IMG/VR virus record: IMGVR_UViG_3300021168_000025
Span: 5,621 to 69,620 of that record
Origin: a virus
Direction: 5' to 3' (one strand)
DNA: 64,000 nt
Shown here: piece by piece, positions 18,710 through 29,495 of the stretch
Layout of the letters: each line of letters begins with the position of its first letter
How positions within the stretch are numbered: position 1 is the stretch's first letter
Position numbers and translations under genes: made by a program
The notes under the pieces: generated by a model
What the model was told of the DNA's origin: nothing
The model's input: the letters and a program-made list of their open reading frames with translations, nothing else
Database searches by the model: none

Positions 18710-21333
18710 TGAGCAAGCTTTCGGCATTGGTACTCGCGCTGTTATTGTCACTCAGCGGGACAGCGGCGGCGCAGTTTACCGCGAGCAGCCCGCTCAACTT
18801 TGGTCCGAACTTTAACAAAAACCCGACAAACGGGCAGATCGGTATCCAGTACTTTGACAATTGGGTTCAAGACCCGTTCCCGGTGCGGAGCTATCAGCCG
18901 GTGACAGGTATAACGGCTGTCAATAATGGTGATGTGACGGGGTGGCGTACAAGTTGTACCACCAACTCGACGGGTACGCCCGGCGCGCTCGACACCGGTT
19001 GGACGAATATCACCTGTGGTCGTATCTACATGAACTTTTTTCACGGTACGAACACGGGTGCGGCAAAGACTACCGACATGGCGTTACAGCTTAACAACAT
19101 TACTTTTGGTGCGGGGCAGAGCTTTGGTATGAATGTCAGCTTGAACAGTCTCGCCGCACACGATCACCAGAACATTGTTGTTAGTAACACTTATTATGGC
19201 GGTATCGCGTCGGCGGGTGACGAGGGACCGGTTGGTTACGGTATGAGTATGACCAACCCCGATTGGTACGACACCGCTCATGTCTACGGTAACATTATCA
19301 GAGGTGCCGGCAGCGCCCACACCACCGCCGCGCTCACCGCTCGTAACAGTATCCAGTCAATTCCGGTCGATAATGTCACCGGGTTCGCAGTCGGTGAGTG
19401 GGTGGAGATCAACAACACGGACCCGGCCTACGGTACCGGTTACCGACAGGCGATGAAGATCACCGCTGTAGGCCCCGGTAACACCATCTCCGGTTTGGTT
19501 GAAATCGATCAGGTATCAGGCGTACCGATCACTCCCGCGACCTTGATCCCGATTAACATCCAGACCGAATGGGCCGATTACGGTGAGCACCGCTGGGTGG
19601 TCAATCTCAATGCCGCGAGTTACAGCGCGGGCACGATGACCTGGGCTTACGCTCCTGACGCGACAACGGGTTCAGGTAGCAATCGAGTCACCGGTACCAG
19701 TACCGCTTTCTCAAACAGTATGGTTGGTGGGGATGTCAATGTACCGGGGTGCGTTTCCCAGGATAGTGATACGAACCACTACGGATCACCCGCGTGGTTC
19801 CCGATTAAGTCAGTCGATTCGCCAACACAATTGACTACGATCGTCCAGCGGCAGACTGACCCGGTACCGCTGACCGGTGCCGCTTACCACATAAAACCGT
19901 GTGCGGAAATCCTGCGGATACTCGGTTTTGACGTTCCGGGTACTGTCACCGGTTACCTGATTGTGGAAACCAACAGCTTCCCATGGCCCAACGGGTCGTT
20001 GATCGAAACCGCGATCGGGCCAAGTGTCGGCGCTAATGGTGCCACATACAACATGTTCGACTATGTGACGGAGTCGCGGTCTGTTTCATTGCAGTTGAAC
20101 GAAGAGGGCCAGATGGCCCCGCTCGGAGCTATGTTGTCGATACGTAACTTTGGCCAGAATGTTCGCACTGTTGGTGGTGCCCAGCAAAGTGCCTTTATTG
20201 AGGGTATTGCTGCTTCTTCTATCACTCCCGGCTTTACCAGCGGATCGATCGGGAACGGTATTTTTATGAGCGGTATGAGAGATGGGGTGACCTTTGCTTA
20301 CGGTTCCCACGGATCGACCGCTCTTGATCACTACGGCGTGCTAAACAATTCGACACAGGAGAACAGTTCCGCCGATTTTCTTGCTTACCGTTATTGCTGT
20401 AGTATGGAGACTGACCCGATCTGGAACTTTACCGATCGCCAGCACGTTGCTTGGGGTGGGTTTGTTACCGATAATTCGGGTCGCACCGATAACAAACTGA
20501 TCTCCATCAAATACGACAACGGCACCACAGGCGGGCCGCAGGAGAAGTTTGCGGTTGACACCAATGGTACGATTCTTAAGGGCCAGTTTTCAGCTAACAA
20601 TCCAGGTATCACGATCCCGTTGATGTCGGCGATCCCGTTCGTTCTGGCGGGTGACGGATCGTTTGGTGCTAATGGTGCCTTTACACTCACCAACCCGCTC
20701 AATGCCGTTTATAGTACCGCCTACATGTACTTTCCGGCCAATGCGATTGGTGCCGGTATACCGGCGGGCTGGTACTATTGTGAGATGGATCACCCGAATA
20801 GCGGGCACTGCTACAACAACTTGTATGGGGGTGGTATACCGATTCTTTACTACGGGCTGCCGACTAGGTTACCGTTTACCACGACTGGTGCCGCGTACAC
20901 GCAGACGGTCAACACGCCGATCCCGGCGATGTACTATACCGCCAAAGCTAATACAGTTAGTAACCGTGCAGCCTACCGGACCACTTTGTGGGTTGCCACC
21001 TCTGCCGACACAAACACCAAGCAATGGCAAGTGACTTACGGTGGGGTACCGGTAGGCATGGGCGCTCTTACCACTGCCGCTCAGTTTGGACAACGTGGAA
21101 CGGTTATGTTGACACCGCAATCTGACCTCCAGTTTTCGCAAATCAGTAACTACGCCAGCAACGATAGCGGCTTCAACAACGGGTTTACTGCGTCACCGAT
21201 CATCGCGAGTGTAAACTCGCAAGCCGATCAACCGCTCGCCGTGACTCTGTCGATCAGCAACGGCGCGTCGTACATGGTACTCGACTTTATGAGTGTCGAG
21301 TTTATGAATGCTGGCGGCACCCGGACCAATTAA
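18709..21333 (+). CDS. Large beta-rich protein with signal-peptide-like N-terminus
   Basis: MSKLSALVLALLLSLSGTAAA|Q; T/G/N/S-rich, ~874 aa. Confidence 0.65.
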   Translation: MSKLSALVLALLLSLSGTAAAQFTASSPLNFGPNFNKNPTNGQIGIQYFDNWVQDPFPVRSYQPVTGITAVNNGDVTGWRTSCTTNSTGTPGALDTGWTNITCGRIYMNFFHGTNTGAAKTTDMALQLNNITFGAGQSFGMNVSLNSLAAHDHQNIVVSNTYYGGIASAGDEGPVGYGMSMTNPDWYDTAHVYGNIIRGAGSAHTTAALTARNSIQSIPVDNVTGFAVGEWVEINNTDPAYGTGYRQAMKITAVGPGNTISGLVEIDQVSGVPITPATLIPINIQTEWADYGEHRWVVNLNAASYSAGTMTWAYAPDATTGSGSNRVTGTSTAFSNSMVGGDVNVPGCVSQDSDTNHYGSPAWFPIKSVDSPTQLTTIVQRQTDPVPLTGAAYHIKPCAEILRILGFDVPGTVTGYLIVETNSFPWPNGSLIETAIGPSVGANGATYNMFDYVTESRSVSLQLNEEGQMAPLGAMLSIRNFGQNVRTVGGAQQSAFIEGIAASSITPGFTSGSIGNGIFMSGMRDGVTFAYGSHGSTALDHYGVLNNSTQENSSADFLAYRYCCSMETDPIWNFTDRQHVAWGGFVTDNSGRTDNKLISIKYDNGTTGGPQEKFAVDTNGTILKGQFSANNPGITIPLMSAIPFVLAGDGSFGANGAFTLTNPLNAVYSTAYMYFPANAIGAGIPAGWYYCEMDHPNSGHCYNNLYGGGIPILYYGLPTRLPFTTTGAAYTQTVNTPIPAMYYTAKANTVSNRAAYRTTLWVATSADTNTKQWQVTYGGVPVGMGALTTAAQFGQRGTVMLTPQSDLQFSQISNYASNDSGFNNGFTASPIIASVNSQADQPLAVTLSISNGASYMVLDFMSVEFMNAGGTRTN

Positions 21334-21347
21334 AAGGAGTTAGTGGT

Positions 21348-21896
21348 ATGCGTATCACAACGATTGTCATCGCCGTGTCATTGTGGGCGCTTATATTCGA
21401 TCCTGTTGTGGCTCAGGAAGCTCCAAAGCCCGCACCGCTGCCGCCGCTGCAACAAGATCAGGCCAACCAGCAGCAGATACAGCGGCGGCAGCAGGAACTG
21501 GAGCAGCAGCACGAACAACGACTACAGCGTCATCCTCGACCAGGGACACCAAGACCGGGGCAGAACCCGCTAGGAGAACAGTCGGCAGTTGAGGGACCGT
21601 GCAGGCGCACCGAACAGCAGATAACGATTGGTGGTGTCGATCAGGATGCCACCAATTGTTTCGAATCCAACTTGGGTGATGTCATTGATAGTCTGGGGTT
21701 GCAACTGACCGCGCAACTGAAGAAGGAGGCGGGGATCAGAGCGAAGTTTACCTTGATGGAACAGGACAAGGATGATTTGCAGAATCGCTACGACCGGATG
21801 ATGCAGTCACTGACCTACTATCAGGACTATTTCAACAGTGTGGAACCGGTGTTGGAGAAGGCGGCGCAGGATAAATTGTCTGAGAGCAGCAAATGA
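21348..21896 (+). CDS. Exported/membrane-anchored coiled-coil protein (possible spanin-like)
   Basis: Hydrophobic N-term, Q-rich tract, coiled coil; next to lysis genes. Confidence 0.5.
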   Translation: MRITTIVIAVSLWALIFDPVVAQEAPKPAPLPPLQQDQANQQQIQRRQQELEQQHEQRLQRHPRPGTPRPGQNPLGEQSAVEGPCRRTEQQITIGGVDQDATNCFESNLGDVIDSLGLQLTAQLKKEAGIRAKFTLMEQDKDDLQNRYDRMMQSLTYYQDYFNSVEPVLEKAAQDKLSESSK

Positions 21897-22126
21897 GTGA
21901 CAGTAGCGGCAATGGTACTATCGTCGGCGCGACCTCGCGTCTTGGTCAGGCGTTGATTGGTGCGCTGCCGCCCGCGTTTGTCATGTTGTGCCTGATTAAT
22001 GTAGGGTTCCTTGGGTTGGTGATGTGGTTCTTAAACGGTCAAATGGAACAACGCACCGCATTAGTGACTAAAGTGTTTGATCGCTGTTTTGAGATCGCAC
22101 TAGAGCACCCGCCTCCGGGTAAGTGA
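21893..22126 (+). CDS. Small membrane protein (holin candidate)
   Basis: One long hydrophobic segment; upstream of the endolysin candidate. Confidence 0.5.
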   Translation: MSDSSGNGTIVGATSRLGQALIGALPPAFVMLCLINVGFLGLVMWFLNGQMEQRTALVTKVFDRCFEIALEHPPPGK

Positions 22127-22356
22127 TGGATAAAATCACGCGGCTAGCTCTCTGGGGGATCGGGTCTATCGTGATCTGTTTTATGATCGTTACACTGGCT
22201 TCGATGGTGAATTGTATCTATCAGGGGCAAACCTGCCCGCCGCAAGGTTCTCTACGCGAGGTTCTGGAAGACGTTCTGGCACTGCTGGTTGGTTTTGTGG
22301 GTGGTCGCATGTCTGCGAGGAGAAGCAGACACGACAGTTTAGGAGAAAAGGAATGA
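22123..22356 (+). CDS. Two-TM membrane protein (holin candidate)
   Basis: Two hydrophobic segments, basic C-terminus. Confidence 0.5.
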   Translation: MMDKITRLALWGIGSIVICFMIVTLASMVNCIYQGQTCPPQGSLREVLEDVLALLVGFVGGRMSARRSRHDSLGEKE

Positions 22357-22862
22357 CACCGGAACAGTTCCTTTCGTCGGTCATCGAGCCGGGGATCACC
22401 GATCTGCATCGGTTGGGTGGTCCGACAGTGTCGCGTGACGCGCAGCGCATGCTGCTCGCCATCGCGCTGCAAGAATCGGGACCGAATCTCAACGCCCGGT
22501 ATCAGTCGAGTCCCTCGACAAGTCCGGGGCCGGCGCGTGGCTGGTGGCAATTCGAGCAGGGGGGCGGCGTGGCCGGCGTCCTGGCGCACGGGAGCAGTAA
22601 AGACCTCGCGGGTAAGGCTTGCGCCTTGTACAGCGTGGTCGCCGCCCAGGCGGCTGTCTGGCGCGCCCTGGAGGGGCATGACAGGCTCGCCGCCTGTTTT
22701 GCCCGGCTGTTGTTGTTGACCGATCCCCCGGCGCTCCCAACGAGCCAGCAAGCGGGATGGGATTGCTACATGCGGCTGTGGCGTCCAGGGAAGCCGCACC
22801 CGGAGAACTGGCCGGCCAACTGGCAGACCGCGACCCAGAGCACTGCGGCAACAACAACGTGA
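22353..22862 (+). CDS. Putative endolysin (lysozyme-like fold)
   Basis: LLAIALQESG, GPARGWWQFE, WRPGKPH; start reassigned to ATG 22353. Confidence 0.65.
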   Translation: MTPEQFLSSVIEPGITDLHRLGGPTVSRDAQRMLLAIALQESGPNLNARYQSSPSTSPGPARGWWQFEQGGGVAGVLAHGSSKDLAGKACALYSVVAAQAAVWRALEGHDRLAACFARLLLLTDPPALPTSQQAGWDCYMRLWRPGKPHPENWPANWQTATQSTAATTT

Positions 22863-22865
22863 CCT

Positions 22866-23099
22866 GTGCCAAAACCACCGTTCGACATGCTGCGGGCGTG
22901 TTTCCTGCTTCTGGCGATTGTCGTCCTGGTGATCATGTCCGAGACACTGGCGGTGATGGCTGGTTGCTTCTGGCTGATTGTGATCGAGAGTCGTGAACCG
23001 CTCGGTGCCTGCGCTAACCAAGGCGCGATGATTCGCGATATTCTGTCTGAGGTACTGACCGCCGTCCTGGCCTTGATCGCCGCTTCGCGCGGCGGTTAG
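22866..23099 (+). CDS. Two-TM membrane protein resembling 22123-22356
   Basis: TM-Cys loop-helix-TM layout; IRDILSEVLTAVLAL vs LREVLEDVLALL. Confidence 0.55.
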   Translation: MPKPPFDMLRACFLLLAIVVLVIMSETLAVMAGCFWLIVIESREPLGACANQGAMIRDILSEVLTAVLALIAASRGG

Positions 23100-23109
23100 T
23101 GACTAATCG

Positions 23110-23145
23110 AAGACCCCGTTGGGGGTAAGCCCCAGCGGGGTTCTC
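23110..23145. terminator. Hairpin at the convergence of the late (+) and accessory (-) regions
   Basis: GACCCCGTTGGGG-GTAAG-CCCCAGCGGGGTT. Confidence 0.6.
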
Positions 23146-23899
23146 GACCCGTCGCGAAGTAACGGTCCCACCGCGAGGGAAAGGAGGCCCTCCGTGGTAC
23201 TTCGGTGTTATTCCTCTTCCAGGCCACGCACCACAAGCTCAGGAAAAGCCGACACCGCCGACTGGTCGGACGCGAACGCCGGAATGAGCAAACCGGCAGC
23301 CTCGCGCGGGGCTGTGTGTGTTGGTCATAGCTGCCTCGGTATGACGGGCTTGAAGTGTAAGACACCCGGTGCCATCAGTCCATTTTTACGACACACGGGG
23401 CAGAACGCCCCGTGCGGGTATGGGTTGTCTTTTACTGGTACCGGGTGATCAAACCAAGTTCCACATATTCCGCACCGACCTTCCCAAAACGGTAGGTCTT
23501 CCGGGTCATCGTAGTCTCTGTCACGCATTAGTGCGCCGCCGTGTTGATACCGCTGTTGATAAACCACGCCAGGACAAAGATGCAAGAGACGATGAGAACA
23601 GTCACAAATATCTCGTAGGCGTAACGGTAGGGATCGTATTTGTGTTTCATGTCAGTCTCGCATCGTCTGGCCACTGCTTCTCGGCGGCGTGGAAGCAAGC
23701 GGCGAGAAAGGCAGCGGGTTCCATCCCGGCGTTCTCGGCGGCGATCATCGCGGCTAAGGACAACAGCGCGGCGATCAGTTCCGGGACGAATTCGTCGCTA
23801 GGGACGCCGCGTTCGCGCAGCCGGTTCTGCACGGTGATGATGGGTTGCGCTAGCTGGGCGCGCAGGATTGCACGTTCCTCATCGGTCATGGTCCCTCCC

Positions 23900-24121
23900 T
23901 CAGTCATCGTCTTCATTGTGGTTGCGCCGGAAGATTTGCTCAAAGGTGAGTCGTGGGCTGATCTTAACGATCTCGGTCATCTCGGCAACGGTCAGGTTGG
24001 GGGCGTCGGCGGCGATCTCAAAGTGACAGCCTTCGTGCTGGCTGTCAAAGTTCCGCATGTGTTGTAACCAAGCCTGGGCAAGATTTTCGGGTACGTGGGC
24101 AATGGTGAAGATTTTTATCAC
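23900..24121 (-). CDS. Hypothetical protein
   Basis: GAGGAACC RBS; one of a chain of small overlapping minus-strand ORFs from 23325 to 26300. Confidence 0.55.
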   Translation of the reverse strand: MIKIFTIAHVPENLAQAWLQHMRNFDSQHEGCHFEIAADAPNLTVAEMTEIVKISPRLTFEQIFRRNHNEDDD

Positions 24122-24528
24122 GGTTCCTCCCCTAGGTTTAGAGTTCGTCTAGCTCAACAATTTGGTAGTCGGCTTGACCGCTATCAAACAGCGCGTTACT
24201 CAATGCGTACGCGGCGGCGGCATCAAAATGTGGGAACACTGTCATGGTACCGTCCGGGTCCGACACATACTCAACCAGTCGCAAGCTGCCCCTAGTCCGG
24301 TAAAGGATCACGCATTCCATCACGGTTCCTTTAGTGACCGAGTAACCATCGAACGATCAGGAACATTGCATACATCATGCCACCAAAGACGATCAGCTTG
24401 GCGAGCAGATCAAAGATCACCTACCGGACCAAGGATCATCGGCGACTTGGACAAAGCAGATGTTCTGTCCGCATTTACCACAGTCGATTTTGAGTAACCC
24501 AAGTTGGTTGTCGTAAGACACTTCGCAG

Positions 24529-24849
24529 TCAGCCTCCATGTGACACCGGGCGTGAAAGTAGTGTATCGTGGAGTGATTTTTGTGATCGCAGTTCGGCATC
24601 TGGCACTGCATCACGTCGAGTTCTTTTCGTGACATTATATTTGGCATGAGACTTCCTCGGTCGGGGTTTGGTTTTACGGATCGCTTTTGGTGTCTTTGAA
24701 GCAAAGACACCAATGACGCGCCACTCCAACAGTTCCTCTTCACTCGTCGCATAGAGCTTACACGCGTCTGCTACAGTGAGTTTGCCTTTGGCGATCTGGG
24801 CGAGTACCGCTTTCTTGCGATTGGCGGTCCAACGCTGTCCGGGCTTCAC
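24529..24849 (-). CDS. SciP/DUF1153-like HTH protein (CtrA-inhibitor family)
   Basis: RWTANRKKAVLAQIAKGKLTVADACKLYATSEEELLEW matches the RW...RKA.VV..V..G.L....AC.RY.LS.EEF..W pattern. Confidence 0.7.
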   Translation of the reverse strand: MKPGQRWTANRKKAVLAQIAKGKLTVADACKLYATSEEELLEWRVIGVFASKTPKAIRKTKPRPRKSHAKYNVTKRTRRDAVPDAELRSQKSLHDTLLSRPVSHGG

Positions 24850-26272
24850 TTCTTGGGGAAGTGTATGATGTTGGTGACTTCGCGCATCGGGCGGTTTTGT
24901 AGCTTAGCCTGGACGGCTTCGGTACAGATACTGAAGATCATACCAAACGCCTTCGCGTAGCGCGGGTCGATGTTCTCGTTTTCCTGATAAAGCGGGTAAC
25001 ATTCCGACACCATCCGCCTGATGTTCAGGAAGACATGCTTAGCATCATCGTCGTCCACGTAGTTCCTCCTAGAGCAGAGGCGTCAATCCAACCCTGTCCC
25101 TGAGTGATTGTAGCAGGTACTTCTCGGTAGCAATGACACCGAATTCGTGTCTGCTGACCGGGCAGCCACCCATCTGGTCGGCCATGCTGGGCGGGGCCTC
25201 GATATAGACCCAGCGGATACCGGGCAGATCGGCGAAAGTCACCGGCTTGCTCGGAACATAGCGGTACTGGTAACCGGTTATCGACATCTTACCCCCCAAA
25301 CACGGCTTCGAGCCGCACGAATGAATACCCTATATCCTCGAATTGACGCAAGAGCAGAAGCAGCGGTTCCATCGTTGCGCTGCGCGCCTCCGCGCCATAG
25401 CGATGGTCGTCGTTTTTGGTTACTATCAAGCGATAGCCGACCAAGGTTCCCTGGTGCAGCCCGCCGTGCGGCGGCTCGGCGGGCGTGCCCATGCGGATTT
25501 CGCCGCCACTAAACGTCATCGTCTTCCTCTTGCTTTGGCGGGTCACCGAGTGCCTTGGCCGCGATAGCGCGTACTGGTGACCCAATGGGGCTATCAGCGA
25601 TATCGGTTAGTGCCCGTTTGTAACGTTGCAGTGTGACTGCAAGCGCGTCGATCTCGACTTGAGCCTCGGGATCGTCTGGTGCCTCGGCGTCACGCAGACC
25701 GACTACCACTTCGTAACTGTTCCTAAACCGCAGAACAACGGTGGGTAGTCCGTATGCCCAAATCTCATCGGACACTGCAACGACACTGTCGATAGCCGAC
25801 ATCGCGAATCGGCGGAACTGTTCCTTGGTGATCTTGTCATCTACTTCCATCGTTACCTCCGTCGTGACCAAAGTTGGGATTACCTTGTAACTGCGAAAAC
25901 ATCGAACCGGCGAATCTGATGATAAATCCGTCACTGTCGGCTATAGCCTGCAAGTTTTTCGGGTCCACGCCCTGCATGAGCATGATGTCGATGATGCGGA
26001 CGAGGGTTGCTCCGAGAATCGGATTAAAGAGACTCAGCGCCGGGTACGCATCGAGCAGCTTCGTGAAGTCGATTTGGTTGCGGACTGATAGCTCTTCGTT
26101 CATCTGGGTACCTCTCTCGTCTGCTTCTGGCGCAGCCGGTTGTATGCAGCGGTTAGATTAGTCAGTGACTTCTTTAGCTCAATTGGTAACTTTTCGAAAT
26201 CATCGTCTTTCAGATACGCGGCTTCGCGTACCACTGCTCTTGCGTATTTGATTACGTGTTCGTTTGCCTTAT

Positions 26273-26578
26273 TCATCGCAGTTCCTTTCCATCGGGGCCA
26301 AAAATACGGCGGGTGTAACCGAGAGTGCGTAGTACCATCTCGACGGTGGCATTTTGTGGTCGCTTGGTCTGGCCGTTTTGCCACTTGCGGATAGTGGGTG
26401 CACAGACACCGGACTTGTCTTCGATCCTCTTGAGTGACCACCCGCTGTCGGTGACCGCTCTAGACACCAATTCGAGGACCGGGTCGCGACCATCGGTGAA
26501 GCGGTATCCACTGTCGCGATTGACGTGGGCCGGATTGCGTACCGGAGCCGGCGGCGGTTTCGCCTTGCTCTTGGTCAT
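26273..26578 (-). CDS. XRE-type HTH regulator
   Basis: SLKRIEDKSGVCAPTIRKWQNGQTKRPQNATVEMVLRTLG. Confidence 0.75.
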   Translation of the reverse strand: MTKSKAKPPPAPVRNPAHVNRDSGYRFTDGRDPVLELVSRAVTDSGWSLKRIEDKSGVCAPTIRKWQNGQTKRPQNATVEMVLRTLGYTRRIFGPDGKELR

Positions 26579-26591
26579 GTGCTTGCCTCTG

Positions 26592-26975
26592 TTAAGGTGG
26601 TGGATCGTTGCTGCCAATGTCATCCCCTCCATTAAAGTCTAGTTGGCACGCGTCATAGTCGGCTTGCAGGCGGGCAGCGATGGCGGTGACCTCGGGGGGC
26701 CGGCGATTGGCCTTGCGCCCCCACCGGCTGCCTTTGTAGGGCTGCGCGGCGTGCAGCGCGGCGATCTTGGCTTGGGCGATCCCCATCAGGCTGGTGCGGT
26801 CGGTGGCATTCTCGAATGCGATGATCACCGGGCAGCGTTTGGGTACCTTGGTTGACTTGTTGCTGCGGGTGCCAGATTCGACCACATTGTGACTGATCGG
26901 GATGCGGTACTCGTTCGCCCAAATTGACAGGAACCCGGCGAAGTTCAGTGACGGTACGATCAGTGTGTAACTCAT
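26592..26975 (-). CDS. Hypothetical protein
   Basis: Start reassigned to MSYTLIVP. Confidence 0.5.
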   Translation of the reverse strand: MSYTLIVPSLNFAGFLSIWANEYRIPISHNVVESGTRSNKSTKVPKRCPVIIAFENATDRTSLMGIAQAKIAALHAAQPYKGSRWGRKANRRPPEVTAIAARLQADYDACQLDFNGGDDIGSNDPPP

Positions 26976-27126
26976 GGTGGCTTCCCGTCTTGAATAATGT
27001 GTATCTCGATCACCTGTGGCTGTCGTGGCAGCTTCGAGACGAAGACTGTAATAGCCCCAACCAGGACGGCCCCGATGACAAAAGCTCCTATCGCTGCCAC
27101 CGGTACCCAGTATTCCGATTCCCACT

Positions 27127-28161
27127 TCATGTGCGGACCTCATAGCCTTGGCGCAGGTTACCGGAACCGCCGCGACCGCGACCGTGTGGTGCCCACCAAT
27201 ACACACCCGATTTCCGTACTTTAAAGTGACCCCTCACCAAATGATACCGGGCCTGTTCGTGTGTCATCCCCTTGGATGCCGCACGGTTCCCCACAACCTT
27301 CGAGATACGCAAGCGCGTGGTGGTGAATTCCTTGAGCGGCGGTTTCTTGTTTTTGCGCCGCGCGTTGTTCAGCTTGGTGAAGTTGTCGCGCACCTGAGTG
27401 ACGATGCTGTTCTTCGAGTTGAGCAGTAGGTAGAACGACTCGACAAACGGTAACTCGCCTGCGAGATCATCGACAAACGATTCGTACCATTCCGCGCCGG
27501 GTACGATGTTGTAGTTCACAAGGAACTTTACAAAGATTTCCAGCGGGACGATGTCACCGCGCACGCTGAGCTTGGCCGATGCCTCGCGCTCCACGGGATT
27601 GTCACTAAACCGGGTCCACTTGTCGGGCATCTTACTGGTACGCAGATCACCGAACTTGGTGGTGAGGAACTTGTTCATCCACGCTATATCAGTTTGCCCG
27701 TAGACCGCCCTGAGATAGTCACTGATCACCGGGTCGGGGTTCGTGCTGTCCCAGTCAAAGATCAGCCCCAGCGGGTTGACCTGGATGTCTCCGTTGTGGT
27801 GCATCCACGCCAGGATCATGTAACCGCGCGAGCACGTCTCATTGGTGATCGTCAGCGCGCCGACTCGCTTGGGCTGCGGCTTGTGGTGACTAAAGATGTC
27901 GTGGTTGTCGCGGATGTTGTTACGCTTGCTCGGGGTCCATTCGACCCAGGTGTATTCGTAGGGCGCGCGGATCATGTCGATGGCGCTGAGCAGGGTTGAC
28001 GGCCGGGTCTGGCATACGTCACCGGCAGCAAACGAGATGTCTTCCGATAGCTCGAAGCACTGCGCTTTTTCGAGTTCCCGCACAAATACGGTAACACCGC
28101 CTAGCATTATCTGATCCAACTCACCGCCCGGCATGGTGAGCAGCTTGTCGTAGAGTCTCAT
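27127..28161 (-). CDS. Phage protein with C-terminal HLVRGHFK...WW.PH.RG motif
   Basis: 344-aa ORF; basic RGH motif common in phage early proteins; function unknown. Confidence 0.65.
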   Translation of the reverse strand: MRLYDKLLTMPGGELDQIMLGGVTVFVRELEKAQCFELSEDISFAAGDVCQTRPSTLLSAIDMIRAPYEYTWVEWTPSKRNNIRDNHDIFSHHKPQPKRVGALTITNETCSRGYMILAWMHHNGDIQVNPLGLIFDWDSTNPDPVISDYLRAVYGQTDIAWMNKFLTTKFGDLRTSKMPDKWTRFSDNPVEREASAKLSVRGDIVPLEIFVKFLVNYNIVPGAEWYESFVDDLAGELPFVESFYLLLNSKNSIVTQVRDNFTKLNNARRKNKKPPLKEFTTTRLRISKVVGNRAASKGMTHEQARYHLVRGHFKVRKSGVYWWAPHGRGRGGSGNLRQGYEVRT

Positions 28162-28526
28162 AGGTCACCAGGAGTCCAGTGGATACCGGCTTCACCACAA
28201 CATTTTTCATCCCGGCTTTCGCGCATAACCGTGCAGTGATACTGGTTGTCCGGCTCGTATTGGCCGGTTGCCAGGAATGTACCCTGGCTTTTCACCGATG
28301 TGGGGTGCATGCATTTGGCTGATGAGAAACTGCGCCGACTAAAAGTTGGGTGGCGTGGCGCAACCCAACGGCAGTCCCGGCAAAACTTGTTGGTGTCGTC
28401 GTCGGCGACAATGATGGTAACGCGTCGCTCATGTCGCTTTTCGCGCGAGCCGATAACGTAAACGAGCACGCCACCAATGGCGTAAATCACGCCCATGTAA
28501 AGGAGGAAGGTCATTACTGTGGTCAC
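28158..28526 (-). CDS. Membrane-anchored Cys-rich protein
   Basis: N-terminal TM segment; CRDC...CMHP...C...CCG. Confidence 0.55.
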   Translation of the reverse strand: MTTVMTFLLYMGVIYAIGGVLVYVIGSREKRHERRVTIIVADDDTNKFCRDCRWVAPRHPTFSRRSFSSAKCMHPTSVKSQGTFLATGQYEPDNQYHCTVMRESRDEKCCGEAGIHWTPGDL

Positions 28527-28534
28527 TTTTAGCG

Positions 28535-28582
28535 CAAAAAAAGATACCCCCGGCGAACCCTAGAAGGTTCAGCCAGGGGTAT
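28535..28582 (-). terminator. Intrinsic terminator
   Basis: GC hairpin followed by a T7 tract on the minus strand. Confidence 0.7.
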
Positions 28583-28609
28583 AGCAGAGAAGGAACTTAC
28601 CCGCAAGGC

Positions 28610-29164
28610 TTACATACGGCCACCGGAGTTTTGATACGCCTCAACCTCTTCCGGCGCAGCCCGGCGCAGCATGTCGAACTGCACGGTTACCGGAGAGGTA
28701 CCCGGCAGTTGGATGTTCGCGTGACCGCGTACCGCCTCGGCGGTTTCCTTGTCGGTACCAAAGATGCGGACCAGCTTGGCGGGCCGGCCGCGACCGGCGA
28801 CAACGATGTCACCGATCCGCAGGTTGTAGGGGTTGTCCGGCAGTGCCTGCCCGCCCGCTGTCGGTGTCTCTTGTGCAGCGGGTGCCGGCGGGTGTTTTAG
28901 AGTTACCGCGAACGATGACACCGCGTCGAGTGACAAAACCACCCGACCCTGCGCCACCGATGCGTCTTCCATTAACTGTGCCACCGTGCGGGCGTCATTG
29001 ACGACGGCGGCGTCTTCGCCCTCCTTCTCGCGCATCTCGGCCCACAGCCGGATCAGTGCCGGGGCGTGCCGGTCACGCTGGCGAAAGACAAAGACCTGTT
29101 CATCGTCACTGGCGCGTGACCAGCACGAATTCGGGTCTTCGAAGTTTTCGAGTTTTGTCGCCAT
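28610..29164 (-). CDS. Hypothetical protein
   Basis: AAGGAGTGACTCATG start; ASDDEQVFVFRQRDRHAP motif. Confidence 0.7.
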   Translation of the reverse strand: MATKLENFEDPNSCWSRASDDEQVFVFRQRDRHAPALIRLWAEMREKEGEDAAVVNDARTVAQLMEDASVAQGRVVLSLDAVSSFAVTLKHPPAPAAQETPTAGGQALPDNPYNLRIGDIVVAGRGRPAKLVRIFGTDKETAEAVRGHANIQLPGTSPVTVQFDMLRRAAPEEVEAYQNSGGRM

Positions 29165-29174
29165 GAGTCACTCC

Positions 29175-29495
29175 TTAGCAGGTAGTGGTACCGCCGCCAC
29201 CGGTATCGGTTGAACTATACGAAGTGTCAACGTGGTGGTGGCTACCGCCGATGTCACTGTGGTGTGTTGTGTGACTGTGGTGGTGCGACGAATTACCGGT
29301 GTCGGTATTCCGGTGGTGTGTTTCCGCTGCCGGCTTGGGAGTGTCCGTTATCAGCGATGTGACCAGTACGGTATTCATCGTCGTGTTCATTGTCGCCTCA
29401 TCGTCGTCGCGCTTCTTGCGAGCGGCTTCGGCTTCCTGGCGGGCGCGCGCCTCCTGTTGCTGGCGACGTGCCTCGCGGTGTCTTTTCCACAACAT
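29175..29495 (-). CDS. His/Thr-rich small protein
   Basis: AAGGAGTGACTCATG start; the RBS is the last array repeat. Confidence 0.6.
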   Translation of the reverse strand: MLWKRHREARRQQQEARARQEAEAARKKRDDDEATMNTTMNTVLVTSLITDTPKPAAETHHRNTDTGNSSHHHSHTTHHSDIGGSHHHVDTSYSSTDTGGGGTTTC

